A DNA stretch of 42,520 nucleotides from positions 1-42,520 of IMG/VR virus record IMGVR_UViG_3300045988_013082; one strand, given 5' to 3'. Each line of letters begins with the position of its first letter. Position 1 is the first letter of the stretch. A program made the position numbers and the translations under genes. Shown here piece after piece: positions 25,022 to 32,172 of the stretch. Source of the DNA: a virus. The notes below the pieces were generated by a model. The model was not told the DNA's origin and ran no database searches. It saw only the letters and a list, made by a program, of their open reading frames with translations.

Positions 25022-25840
25022 TCAGTCCTCCCGGCGTAACCGCCAGTTCTTATCCGTTCCGGTATTTCTCAGACAGAACCCCTTCGACCGCTCATAAATG
25101 CGGCTTCCGAGGGCTTCGTCCAGCTCCAAAAGCTCACTAATGCTTCGCTCCGTGGAGATCACCGTCAGCTTGTCCGGCTGGTTGTACCGCGCCATCAGGA
25201 TCTCAAGGGCAACGTCCGTATCAGCCTTTGTCGGCACTTCGTTTTTGCCGCACTTGAGAAAGTCGTCGATGTAGAGCACATCCGCTGTCTTGTACTTTCG
25301 GAGTTGGTCGCTGCGCTCGTCCATGTCCCCGTCGTAGGATTTCAGGGCGCGGATCTGATCGCGCCACATGAGGTACTGCACCGAGCGCCCCTGCTTCAGC
25401 AGCTCTCCGCAGATCGCCACGCAAAGGTGGGATTTGCCGGAACCGACCGCGCCGGACATCACGAACCAGCCTTTCTGCTCCTGCAAGTATTTCTCTGCCG
25501 TCCGCTTTGCTGCCGCTTGCCACGGCTCCACGGTCTGGAACCGGCCAAGTGTGTAGATCGGCAAAAGGTCTTTCAGGCCGCTGGCCTCTGCCCGCTGGAT
25601 GCTGTTCCGGGCGTCCATGCAGGCGCAGCGCACCATCGTCACGGCGTTATGGCGAACCTCTGCGATGCACCCGCGGTTCTTGCAAAGCGGGCAATCATAG
25701 CCCGTCAGCGCCCCCAGATTTGCGTTGAACGAATCGCAGCGGAATTGCAGATAGGCCGCGTTGTCAAAGCTCGATGATGTCGAGATCCCACGTCCGCTTA
25801 TCAGTCGGTTGATTCTCTCCGGCACTCCGATAGCCTCCAT
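25022..25840 (-). CDS. DnaC/DnaI-like AAA+ helicase loader
   Basis: 272 aa with Walker A GAVGSGKSH and Walker B VLYIDDF, plus an N-terminal Cys-rich zinc module. Confidence 0.8.
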   Translation of the reverse strand: MEAIGVPERINRLISGRGISTSSSFDNAAYLQFRCDSFNANLGALTGYDCPLCKNRGCIAEVRHNAVTMVRCACMDARNSIQRAEASGLKDLLPIYTLGRFQTVEPWQAAAKRTAEKYLQEQKGWFVMSGAVGSGKSHLCVAICGELLKQGRSVQYLMWRDQIRALKSYDGDMDERSDQLRKYKTADVLYIDDFLKCGKNEVPTKADTDVALEILMARYNQPDKLTVISTERSISELLELDEALGSRIYERSKGFCLRNTGTDKNWRLRRED

Positions 25841-26390
25841 TTGCGTCCCTCCTTTCCCACGTCCGAACCGCCGCTTTCCAGTCCTTCATCTTCGTTTTTC
25901 CAACAATCCAGCCGTTGGAAGCGTAATAATTCACGAATCTTTCAGCGTCTACGGAATTTTTCCGTTCAAGGCAATAGGCCCTGACTTCTTCGACTGCCGG
26001 GGGCGTGAAGCGCGTCGTGCGCGCTTTATCCCCCGTTTTGTCCTTGTCCTTGTCCTTGTCCTTGTCCTTGTCTTTGGTATTTTTCGTATACGAATCATTA
26101 CGGTCGTATACGTTCGTATTCGATGGTATACGTTCGTATGTGTCCTTATCCCATCGGCTTTTGATGTTGGACTTGTTCGCCTTGCATTTGGCGTCATATT
26201 TCGCCTTATCCCTATCTATCTGCTCTTTCATCATCGGAAAGACAAACCGCTCATTACCGCGCAAATCGGGGACTTCGCCCGTCATGCTATATTGTAGGCA
26301 TGCCGTGAAAAGCCGCCCTCTTTCCGCATCATTAAGCAGCTCAATCGACTTCAAGTAGCTGTGATAGGCATTGAAGCTCTCAAGCGCCAT
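25764..26390 (-). CDS. Replication organiser / initiator-like protein (DnaD-type phage replication protein)
   Basis: ATG 26390 after AGAGGGA. The N-terminus has LNDAERGRLFTACLQY and the C-terminus has FTPPAVEEVRAYC...FVNYYASNGW...MKDWKAAVRTWE, as in phage replication proteins. A central (KD)n linker is present. Confidence 0.6.
   Translation of the reverse strand: MALESFNAYHSYLKSIELLNDAERGRLFTACLQYSMTGEVPDLRGNERFVFPMMKEQIDRDKAKYDAKCKANKSNIKSRWDKDTYERIPSNTNVYDRNDSYTKNTKDKDKDKDKDKDKTGDKARTTRFTPPAVEEVRAYCLERKNSVDAERFVNYYASNGWIVGKTKMKDWKAAVRTWERRDANGGYRSAGENQPTDKRTWDLDIIEL
26038..26073. repeat. Hexanucleotide tandem repeat (TTGTCC)x5 plus one variant
   Basis: Five perfect TTGTCC units (26038-26067) plus TTGTCT. 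On the coding strand it encodes the KDKDKDKDKDKD linker. Confidence 0.9.
26085..26139. repeat. Phased iteron-like repeats (candidate replication origin)
   Basis: GTATACG occurs at 26086, 26106 and 26126, exactly 20 bp apart. The first copy lies in the 12-bp palindrome TTCGTATACGAA. The last two copies share GTATACGTTCGTAT. Confidence 0.5.
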
Positions 26391-26475
26391 AGCATTATCC
26401 CTCTGCAAGCGCGACGCCGCTGCGTTCGCCGATTGCTTCAATCAGAACCTCGAAATTCATGTGTATCGCCTCCCA

Positions 26476-26871
26476 TCAAAGCGGAAGATCCGGGTCATCT
26501 CCTGTGATCTCGCTGAATCCGCCCTGCGGTTCGTATGTCTCCGCCCTGTCCTTCTTGCCCTCGCCGAAGTAGACGTGATCGGCAAGGATCTCCGCCGAGC
26601 GGCGCTTGTTGCCCTCCTTGTCCTCCCAGTTGCGGATTTGAAGTCTACCGGTCACAACGGCCATCTGACCTTTTGAGAAGTACTTCTCGACGAACTCCGC
26701 TGTGTATCTCCAAGCGCAGACATCGATGAAATCCGTTTCCTTGTCTGCCCCTTGTGGCGCGAAGTCGCGCTCACAGGCCAGCGTGAAGGAAGCAACCGCA
26801 ACGCCGCTGCTTGTCCGTCTGAGTTCTGGGTCGCGCGTGAGCCGTCCCATAATCGTAATTGTGTTTAACAT
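26476..26871 (-). CDS. ssb: Single-stranded DNA-binding protein
   Basis: 131 aa with an OB-fold N-terminus (NTITIMGRLTRDPELR...) and an acidic tail ending DDPDLPL. Confidence 0.9.
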   Translation of the reverse strand: MLNTITIMGRLTRDPELRRTSSGVAVASFTLACERDFAPQGADKETDFIDVCAWRYTAEFVEKYFSKGQMAVVTGRLQIRNWEDKEGNKRRSAEILADHVYFGEGKKDRAETYEPQGGFSEITGDDPDLPL

Positions 26872-26872
26872 T

Positions 26873-27181
26873 TCAAGTTCCTTTCCTGTAAATCAATTTT
26901 GTTTCATCCCATCCTGGATATTTGCTTCTCAGATAATTCGCCAGCGCTTCTTTGAGCGCCGCACGGTCGGCTGACTGGTCAAACCGTTGGTGGCAAGGGT
27001 CGCACAGCGTAATGACGTTCTCAACGATTCCAAGGCCGCCCTGCGCCCGAGAAATGTAATGGCACCATGGATTGCCCGGCCTCCCGCAGAGGACGCAGCG
27101 CCCGCCGTCGCGCTCCCAGACGGCCTGTTTGACCGCTGCCGGGATGCTAGTGGCCCTCGTCTGCCTGTGCAGCTCTCTCAC
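26873..27181 (-). CDS. HNH endonuclease
   Basis: CVLCGRPGNPWCHYISRAQGG...ENVITLCDPCH is an HNH motif. The start is a GTG and is uncertain. Confidence 0.75.
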   Translation of the reverse strand: MRELHRQTRATSIPAAVKQAVWERDGGRCVLCGRPGNPWCHYISRAQGGLGIVENVITLCDPCHQRFDQSADRAALKEALANYLRSKYPGWDETKLIYRKGT

Positions 27182-27710
27182 CCCATTCCAGATTCATCCG
27201 CGCCAGCTCGTCCGGCGTCAATGTTTCAATGCCCAAGTCCTTCGCATCCTCGACGGCCCGGTCAATGATCCGGCCCATCTGCTTTGCATTGTATTTGGAA
27301 GAACCGTAATAGGCGCGGATCACAAGATTGTCTCCGTCCTGCTGGTAATCCACTTCCTCGGTCGGCCAGCCTGTCCCGATCATTGACCACGCCGTCCGAA
27401 ACGTCGCAGCCTCGTCGCGGGAAAGATGAAAGTCCTTGAACACGCCGACCTCCTTGATGTACTCGACGTAGAGATCTTCCTTCGTGCGTCCGAGCTTTTC
27501 CGCGATCTGGTCGCAGAGCTGCCAGAAGTAGGAGTTCGAATCATTGCTCCGCTTCTTGAAGAACTGCTTCAGAACCGCAACGTATTTCTTGCCGACCTTC
27601 ATGTTCTCCAGAAACGCCAGCGCCTTCTTCGGCGTGTCGACCTTCAGCCGCAGCCACGTTCCGGCCGCGTCCATCGTCCAGTCCGCCGCAGAAAACGTCA
27701 GCTCAGTCAT
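27147..27710 (-). CDS. ninB: NinB (lambda Orf-like) recombination mediator
   Basis: KKRSNDSNSYFWQLCDQIAEKLG and the C-terminal LARMNLEWGERAAQ parallel lambda NinB (RSLDQNRKLW... and LALEWKARWGDRAA). The alignment was made from memory. Confidence 0.55.
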   Translation of the reverse strand: MTELTFSAADWTMDAAGTWLRLKVDTPKKALAFLENMKVGKKYVAVLKQFFKKRSNDSNSYFWQLCDQIAEKLGRTKEDLYVEYIKEVGVFKDFHLSRDEAATFRTAWSMIGTGWPTEEVDYQQDGDNLVIRAYYGSSKYNAKQMGRIIDRAVEDAKDLGIETLTPDELARMNLEWGERAAQADEGH

Positions 27711-28401
27711 GTTGTACCGCCTTCATGTAGCAGTCCCAGCACATACACCGGCCGTAATTCTTCGTGGTCTTCTCAGCAATGGCCCGTGCCGAGTAGTTTG
27801 TGCCGTTGAATGTAGCCGATACAACATCATTGCCGCAGACGGAGCACTTGAAGGGTTTTGCCGTCTGCTTCGGCTCCTGCGGAGCTGCGCCGTGTCCGAA
27901 GGTGTAGACCGTCTTGCCCTTGAGCGCCAGCGTCAGGGTCTTGATCCGCTCTGCCTCGTCATAGCTGATCTCCGTCACATCGAACTGGTCGTAGCACTGC
28001 CAGCGGCCGGTTTTGTCGTTCTTTTTTAGCCGTTCGCACTTCGCAGCATCGATCCAAATAAACGGCGCAGAATAAAGCTCCCGGCCAATGCCGTGCTTAA
28101 ATCCGGCGCGCTTGAACGCATCCGATGCGCGCCCCTTCTCGGCCTCCGTGTTGCTCTCCGTCCCGGCGTCCCATTTCCAGATCAGCTTTCCGTTGCCGAC
28201 GTAGTCAATGCCGATCCCGCCGTACAGAACGCCATCCACCAACTTAAAGTCGTTCTCCCAGTTCTGTGCGCCGACCGTCTCATCCAGAATGTCAGCGTCC
28301 GTCCGCGCCGTCTTGTAAAGCAGGATGGACGCGCCTTTCTCGCTGCACTGGGCAACGCGGCACTCGATCTCATCCGGCCTCAGTGTCCGAAACTGTTTCA
28401 T
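27703..28401 (-). CDS. Rad52/Sak-type single-strand annealing protein with a C-terminal zinc ribbon
   Basis: GASILLYKTARTDADILDETVG...GRASDAFKRAGFKHGIGRELY is the Rad52-family core. The C-terminus carries CSVCG...CMCWDC. Confidence 0.7.
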   Translation of the reverse strand: MKQFRTLRPDEIECRVAQCSEKGASILLYKTARTDADILDETVGAQNWENDFKLVDGVLYGGIGIDYVGNGKLIWKWDAGTESNTEAEKGRASDAFKRAGFKHGIGRELYSAPFIWIDAAKCERLKKNDKTGRWQCYDQFDVTEISYDEAERIKTLTLALKGKTVYTFGHGAAPQEPKQTAKPFKCSVCGNDVVSATFNGTNYSARAIAEKTTKNYGRCMCWDCYMKAVQHD

Positions 28402-28612
28402 TCAAATCCTCCAATTCCAGACGGCAGTAGTAACCTCTGCCGTACTCGTTTAACAGGTATTCCCCGGTCAGTCTGCACCGCTTCCGATTCTCAATCGGCG
28501 TTTCCTCATAAAACGGGCAGAATTTACAGCAAATGTGGTCTTTCTCGAAATACACACTGCACCGCACTTCAACCGGGATGTAGACGTACTCATTCGATGA
28601 TCCTTTTTTCAT
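28370..28612 (-). CDS. Small Cys-rich hypothetical protein
   Basis: ATG 28612 (MKKGSSNEYVYIP...). The longer ORF-track N-terminus is Trp/Arg/Cys-rich and looks like noise. Confidence 0.45.
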   Translation of the reverse strand: MKKGSSNEYVYIPVEVRCSVYFEKDHICCKFCPFYEETPIENRKRCRLTGEYLLNEYGRGYYCRLELEDLNETVSDTEAG

Positions 28613-28826
28613 AGCCAAGCTGCTCCAAAATGTACCGCGTTCCCAACTGCTGCACCAGCAGCGCCATGACCGCGTTTTCCGAATTGTAATTGTCATCGCC
28701 GGGGTCGCACATCATGCCCTCGTCGCCGCAGTACACGGTGTCCCCCTTGTATACCTCGTCGCCGAAGATGTCATAGCAGTACGGCGACACGTTTTGCGGG
28801 TCTTTGGAATAATCAATTTCCGGCAA
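28590..28826 (-). CDS. Hypothetical protein
   Basis: I prefer TTG 28826, which lies 9 nt after GGAGG. The alternative TTG at 28856 would overlap the upstream gene by 44 nt. Confidence 0.4.
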   Translation of the reverse strand: MPEIDYSKDPQNVSPYCYDIFGDEVYKGDTVYCGDEGMMCDPGDDNYNSENAVMALLVQQLGTRYILEQLGYEKRIIE

Positions 28827-29040
28827 CGTTTCTGTCCTCCAATCTGTACTTCGCAAATCTCACGACTTCGCCAAACCGGTTTTTCTTCTGCACGATCTCG
28901 CTTGTAATGGGGTATCCTTCGGCCTTTAGCTCCGCTACCCGCGCCGCCAGCCGGAAGCATCCGTACTGGTCAAGCGCTTCCACGGGCGTAATGGAGCCGA
29001 TCGTCTGCAAATGAAACAGAATCTTATCGCACTGCGTCAC
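28813..29040 (-). CDS. Winged-helix DNA-binding protein (HTH_39-like)
   Basis: GTG 29040 overlaps the upstream stop as GTGA. ILFHLQTIGSITPVEALDQYGCFRLAARVAELKAEGYPI is the typical pattern. Confidence 0.55.
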   Translation of the reverse strand: MTQCDKILFHLQTIGSITPVEALDQYGCFRLAARVAELKAEGYPITSEIVQKKNRFGEVVRFAKYRLEDRNVAGN

Positions 29041-29267
29041 TTGACATCCCACCAACCTTCTGTTAAAGTATGAGTAAAGACATATTCCCGATGGCTGATC
29101 GGTTTGTCTTCTGGCTGTTCGCGTCTGACCACGCGGGCAGCCTTTTTCTTTGCAGCGGCGCGGATGTTGTCCCAGCTGCACAGCCATTCCCGCTGCCAGC
29201 TGGACTTGCAAAGGCGCTCCTCGCAGATCTCTTCGCGGGGGCAGCCCTCGCATAGCTTCACAGACAT
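29037..29267 (-). CDS. Small Cys-rich hypothetical protein
   Basis: 76-aa ORF (MSVKLCEGCPREEICEERLCK...). Confidence 0.45.
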   Translation of the reverse strand: MSVKLCEGCPREEICEERLCKSSWQREWLCSWDNIRAAAKKKAARVVRREQPEDKPISHREYVFTHTLTEGWWDVK

Positions 29268-29371
29268 TGGTCAGTCCTCCGCATCCCAGTAGTTCCTCTG
29301 CCTCTCTGCGGCGTCCTCCAGCGCTTTCCACGCCGCCTTGAGCCGGGAGGCCAGATAACAGATCCAGCCCA

Positions 29372-29551
29372 TCATGCCGCCCCGTACCCCACGAGCACAG
29401 CGGAGATCGTCGACATCACTGCCGCATCCAGCGGCAATCCCCAAACGCGCCAGTAGAATAATGCGGTCATCAAAAATAGGCCTCCGAACCACAGCGCAGC
29501 CCGCTTCAACACCCGCCGAAGCGTGGCGTACCATTCTCTTTTTGAGATCAT
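29372..29551 (-). CDS. Small membrane protein (59 aa)
   Basis: Manual translation gives MISKREWYATLRRVLKRAALWFGGLFLMTALFYWRVWGLPLDAAVMSTISAVLVGYGAA, with two hydrophobic segments and an AAGGAGGAAGGAAG RBS. A further 34-codon ORF (29271..29375) follows with an ATGA overlap. Confidence 0.45.
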   Translation of the reverse strand: MISKREWYATLRRVLKRAALWFGGLFLMTALFYWRVWGLPLDAAVMSTISAVLVGYGAA

Positions 29552-29564
29552 CTTCCTTCCTCCT

Positions 29565-29804
29565 TTACCACGGGTAGCTGATCGCCGCCCGCATTTCCTC
29601 GACCGGGATGCTCAGCGCCCGCATCAGCCGCAGCGTTTGCGGAAAGTACGCCGTCGGCCGCTTGAGCAGATTGTAAAGCGTAGGCCGTGAAACCCCGGCG
29701 TACTCCGCCGCCTTTTCCGGCTTCACGTTCTGCGCCCCCATCTCTCCGTGAATCATCACGGACAGGCGGTAATCCGTGTCCCGCTTGACTGCCAGTTTCG
29801 GCAT
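29565..29804 (-). CDS. HTH DNA-binding protein (early regulator or excisionase-like)
   Basis: 79 aa with a GAAGGAGGAA RBS. AAEYAGVSRPTLYNLLKRP is an HTH. Second gene of the Cro-side operon. Confidence 0.5.
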   Translation of the reverse strand: MPKLAVKRDTDYRLSVMIHGEMGAQNVKPEKAAEYAGVSRPTLYNLLKRPTAYFPQTLRLMRALSIPVEEMRAAISYPW

Positions 29805-29818
29805 TTCTCATTCCTCCT

Positions 29819-30007
29819 TCATCTCAGCAGATACCCGACTGTGACGCCGAAATAATCAGCAATTTTCTGAACCGTCGCCACAGAAGGTGAACTCTTTCGC
29901 AGATTCCACTTCCCAATCGTGCCATTTGCGATTCCGCACTCCCTTTCCAGAGCATAAATGCTGATTTTCCGTTTTTTGCACAGGCGCTTGATATTGTCGT
30001 ATACCAA
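29819..30007 (-). CDS. Cro-like XRE-family repressor
   Basis: 62 aa with a TTG start 11 nt after GGAGG. The whole protein is a single XRE HTH (ISIYALERECGIANGTIGKW...). It is divergent from the CI-like gene. Confidence 0.7.
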   Translation of the reverse strand: MVYDNIKRLCKKRKISIYALERECGIANGTIGKWNLRKSSPSVATVQKIADYFGVTVGYLLR

Positions 30008-30287
30008 TCTTTAATCAGCCTCCTTTCAATGTGTCGTAGATTTGTCAATAGACAAATCTCTGTTTCTCATCATAGATGAGAAAATTTTTTGTTTTTTTAT
30101 AGAGGGATGCGTCCACACTCTTGACATTCTTTAGAAATTAGGCTAAAATTGTTTTGTCAGACAAATAGCGTTTTTTGAAGCCTGTCAAGAGCGGGACGGT
30201 ATTTCTTTACCCTCTGATAGATATTATAATAGCCAATTAGCTAATTGTCAATAGCCAATCTTCTATTTTTAGAGAGTTTTTGATGCT
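30008..30287. promoter_or_regulatory. Lysis-lysogeny switch region with several palindromic operators
   Basis: GATTTGTCAATAGACAAATC (30039-30058), CTCATCATAGATGAG (30066-30080), TTTGTCAGACAAA (30153-30165) and CAATTAGCTAATTG (30234-30247). The plus-strand promoter is TTGACA (30121-30126), 17 nt, TAAAAT (30144-30149). Confidence 0.7.
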
Positions 30288-30656
30288 ATGAATAATAAGA
30301 ACAATGAGCAAAACAAAGTAATCGTTAACAACATCCGAACACTTGCTGCGTCCAGAAGGACAAATATTGCCACAATAGAACGCGAACTCGGAATTGGCAA
30401 CGGAACTATTGGGAAATGGGCAAAGGCCGCAAAAAGTCCGCCCTACGAAACCCTATATAAAATTGCGACGCATTTCGGTGTGACCGTCGCCGAGTTGACC
30501 GGAGAGGCGGACGAAAATGGTATAAAAAAAGAAACCATCACTTTCGGTGATGGTTTCACGGCCAAGCAGGCCAAAGGCATTGAACTTATAAAGTCTTTAT
30601 CTGAGGACGAATTAGATCGTGCTATGGCTGCGTTGGAAGCGTTCTTCAAAAAATAA
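30288..30656 (+). CDS. CI-like XRE-family repressor
   Basis: 122 aa with an N-terminal XRE HTH (IATIERELGIGNGTIGKW) and a C-terminal helical domain. It is divergent from the Cro-like gene. Confidence 0.7.
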   Translation: MNNKNNEQNKVIVNNIRTLAASRRTNIATIERELGIGNGTIGKWAKAAKSPPYETLYKIATHFGVTVAELTGEADENGIKKETITFGDGFTAKQAKGIELIKSLSEDELDRAMAALEAFFKK

Positions 30657-31189
30657 TGAAGAAGAAAGATGTTATTGCACTCTCCATTATTGCAGCTGTA
30701 TTTGTATTCGGCGGGGTTGGTGGTTTTGCATGGCAAATAGTAAAATTTAGACTTGACCCTCCTGATTTTGGAGGATTCAATATTAAACTCTTTTTACTAT
30801 TTGTTGTGATGATGGTATCTGGCGGAAAGCTAATTAAAGCCGTGCCAGACATTGGCCCATCAGAAATCAATAATATGACTGGTGTGCAGTTCGAAAACTA
30901 TGTGGCCGATCTGCTTCGCAAAAAAGGTCATTCCGTGCAGCTAACTCCAAAAACAGGCGACTACGGTGTTGACCTTATCATGGACGGACATGTAGCCATT
31001 CAGTGCAAGCGCTATGGAAAGGATGTCGGCGTAAAGGCCATTCAAGAGGTCTATTCCGGGATGCAGCATTACGGATGTAGCTCAGCCATTGTGGCCACAA
31101 ACTCAGTTTTTACCGCAAATGCAAAGACGTTAGCCAACGAGCTTGGTGTCATTCTCTGGGATGGCTCCACAATTTGCAGAGACATTTGA
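30656..31189 (+). CDS. Membrane-anchored Mrr-type (Mrr_cat) restriction endonuclease-like protein
   Basis: The start overlaps the CI stop (TAATGA). Two N-terminal hydrophobic helices are followed by FENYVADLLRKKGH...GDYGVDLIM...AIQCKRYG...V..IQEV...AIVATNSVFTANA, the Mrr catalytic core pattern. Confidence 0.7.
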   Translation: MKKKDVIALSIIAAVFVFGGVGGFAWQIVKFRLDPPDFGGFNIKLFLLFVVMMVSGGKLIKAVPDIGPSEINNMTGVQFENYVADLLRKKGHSVQLTPKTGDYGVDLIMDGHVAIQCKRYGKDVGVKAIQEVYSGMQHYGCSSAIVATNSVFTANAKTLANELGVILWDGSTICRDI

Positions 31190-31285
31190 GCGTGTAAACT
31201 GCTCGATAAACTCGTCCAGTTCACTTTCTGATAGCATGAGTAAGAGACTGATAGCTTTTTGTTCACGTTCTTCTCGACTTTTCAT
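31130..31285 (-). CDS. Small convergent ORF (51 aa) overlapping the 3' end of the Mrr-like gene
   Basis: ATG 31285 after GAGAGGAAAGGAA, giving MKSREEREQKAISLLLMLSESELDEFIEQFTRS.... It has its own promoter, and its last 60 nt are antisense to the nuclease gene. Confidence 0.4.
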   Translation of the reverse strand: MKSREEREQKAISLLLMLSESELDEFIEQFTRSNVSANCGAIPENDTKLVG

Positions 31286-31329
31286 TTCAATTCCTTTCCT
31301 CTCTCCGGTTCGTGTGTTTTCTGCTCTCA

Positions 31330-31358
31330 ATATTAAAACTTTTGTTCTATATAGTCAA
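31330..31358 (-). promoter_or_regulatory. Sigma-70-type promoter for the convergent small ORF / antisense transcript
   Basis: Minus strand reads TTGACT (31353-31358), 17 nt, TAATAT (31330-31335). Confidence 0.6.
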
Positions 31359-31376
31359 CCTGCACTTTGCACAATA

Positions 31377-31405
31377 TTGACGTAGTAAAATTCTATGCGC
31401 ATAAT
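31377..31405 (+). promoter_or_regulatory. Sigma-70-type promoter of the zinc-ribbon membrane protein gene
   Basis: TTGACG (31377-31382), 17 nt, CATAAT (31400-31405). It lies back-to-back with the minus-strand promoter. Confidence 0.55.
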
Positions 31406-31467
31406 TTTCAAGTGTCCGTACTATTGGACATGGTTTGTGATAGAAAAGAAAGAAGAGTGAAAATGAT

Positions 31468-32172
31468 ATGCGTAGGCCAGTGTATGAAGTAACCTGTCCG
31501 ATGTGCGGAGAGGTATTCGACGAGAGGTTGCGAAAATGTCCAAACTGCCGCGCGAAGAACCGGAAAGACGTGTGCCGCACTTGCGGAAACGAAATAAGCA
31601 AACAGGCCAGAAAATGCCCCGCTTGTGGTGCGCGTCACATGAAGAAGCTTTCAGACGGCGGAATTATCGCTATCCTCGTGACGCTGCTTCTTGTGGTGAT
31701 TATTCAAGAGCGCGTTATGGATATGCCAAATAGCGAGGCCGCAGTAGAAGACGCATCGAGTTTTGGAAGTTCCGCGGTTTCGGATGCACCGCCTGAGGCA
31801 CAAGCGGAAACGGACGATAAAAATGAAGTGGTTTCAAGAGAAAACTATATTGCGAAATGTGATGCCGTTTTGTATAACGATGTAGCGCGGAACCCGGATA
31901 GCTATGACGGTGAAAAGGTAATGTTTTCAGGCACCGTTATTCAGGTTTCAGAGGATGCGCTTGACTTATTCAGCACCAATTCAGTTGACTTCCGCGTTGA
32001 AACCTCTGATGGCATCTGGTATGTATCCTATAATCGGCCAGAGGGAGAGAGCCGAATCCTTGAGGGTGACTATATCACCTGCTATGGGGAGTGTGACGGC
32101 GTTACAACATATATCTCTGTGCTTGGCGGAAATGTCACCGTCCCGAAGCTCATTATGAAGTACCACGATTAA
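31468..32172 (+). CDS. Double zinc-ribbon / single-TM / extracytoplasmic-domain protein (moron)
   Basis: 234 aa with CPMCG...CPNC...CRTCG...CPACG, a hydrophobic helix (GGIIAILVTLLLVVII), an Ala/Ser/Glu-rich linker and a ~120-aa beta-rich C-terminal domain. Confidence 0.65.
   Translation: MRRPVYEVTCPMCGEVFDERLRKCPNCRAKNRKDVCRTCGNEISKQARKCPACGARHMKKLSDGGIIAILVTLLLVVIIQERVMDMPNSEAAVEDASSFGSSAVSDAPPEAQAETDDKNEVVSRENYIAKCDAVLYNDVARNPDSYDGEKVMFSGTVIQVSEDALDLFSTNSVDFRVETSDGIWYVSYNRPEGESRILEGDYITCYGECDGVTTYISVLGGNVTVPKLIMKYHD

Noticed and set aside
26865-26880. 16-nt identity (ttaacatttcaagttc) between the ssb start region and 32328-32343
   Set aside because: A single exact 16-mer shared within 42 kb is close to chance expectation. 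One copy is simply the ssb ATG plus RBS context, and the flanks are not similar.
28813-29331. 172-aa ORF treated as one gene
   Set aside because: Its N-terminal 96 aa are Arg/Gly/Pro-rich noise that overlaps a better Cys-rich ORF in another frame. The recognisable winged-helix domain starts at GTG 29040, which is coupled (GTGA) to the upstream stop.
29271-29534. 87-aa ORF
   Set aside because: A 59-aa membrane-protein ORF in another frame has a much stronger RBS (AAGGAGGAAGGAAG). Only the last 34 codons of the 87-aa frame, starting at an ATGA-coupled ATG, look plausible.
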